Of a DNA stretch of 64,000 nt, positions 63,787 to 64,000 are shown one piece after another; positions within the stretch are counted from its first letter, which is position 1; each line of letters begins with the position of its first letter. This DNA comes from Chiloscyllium plagiosum. Its lineage: Eukaryota. Position numbers and translations under genes: made by a program. The notes under the pieces are model-generated. The model was not told where the DNA came from. It was given only the letters and a program-made list of their open reading frames with translations, and ran no database searches. The stretch lies in assembly GCF_004010195.1 (NCBI RefSeq), contig NC_057753.1:5547282-5611281 (forward strand). Direction: 5' to 3'.

Positions 63787-63912
63787 TCCTGAAGAAGGGT
63801 TTATGCCAGAAACGTCGACTCTCCTGCTCCTCGGATGTTACCTGACCTGCTGTGCTTTTCCAGCGTCACGGTCTCGACTCTGATCTCCAGCATCGGCAGT
63901 TCCCAGTTTCTC
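63787..63912 (+). mobile_element. PLE family 1 terminus inserted in a CR1 fragment
   Basis: ctgaagaagggtttatgccagaaacgtcga; flanked by near-repeat caagaaggc(g/a)tggtt. Similar short copies at ~59925-60041 and ~62030-62146. Confidence 0.75.
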
Positions 63913-64000
63913 CAAGAAGGCATGGTTTCCTCCACCGGTTAAGGCATACAATGTAAACATTGGCAAGTCAATGTTGCAGCTCTGCCCAGCAGCAGCTGTT

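Overview
Eukaryotic, repeat-dense vertebrate DNA. The repeat families (HE1-like tRNA SINEs, CR1/HER1-like LINEs) and the GPCR family suggest a cartilaginous fish, probably a shark; this is an inference. The left half is an old tandem segmental duplication (~1-9590 vs ~15300-27160). Each unit carries a two-exon, minus-strand GPR139/GPR142-like class A GPCR. Copy B (26948-26879 + 25585-24681) splices into an intact 324-aa ORF. Copy A has a 1-nt deletion in exon 1 that puts exon 2 out of frame, and has also lost its ancestral stop codon and the TM6 Trp. Copy B's downstream flank holds a decayed two-LTR Gmr1-type Gypsy element (integrase before RT, SCAN-like gag). After a 500-N gap lie the env gene (one in-frame stop) and 3' LTR of an endogenous retrovirus resembling fish ERVs. 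Three families of Penelope-like insertions carry minimal hammerhead ribozyme motifs; several form ~100-bp-arm hairpins with 12-15 bp target-site duplications. The rest is CR1 and Rex1 LINE fragments, SINEs, two decayed C2H2 zinc-finger relics and a 36-bp minisatellite. Nothing prokaryotic (no CRISPR, rRNA or operons). All family names come from motif recognition, not database searches.
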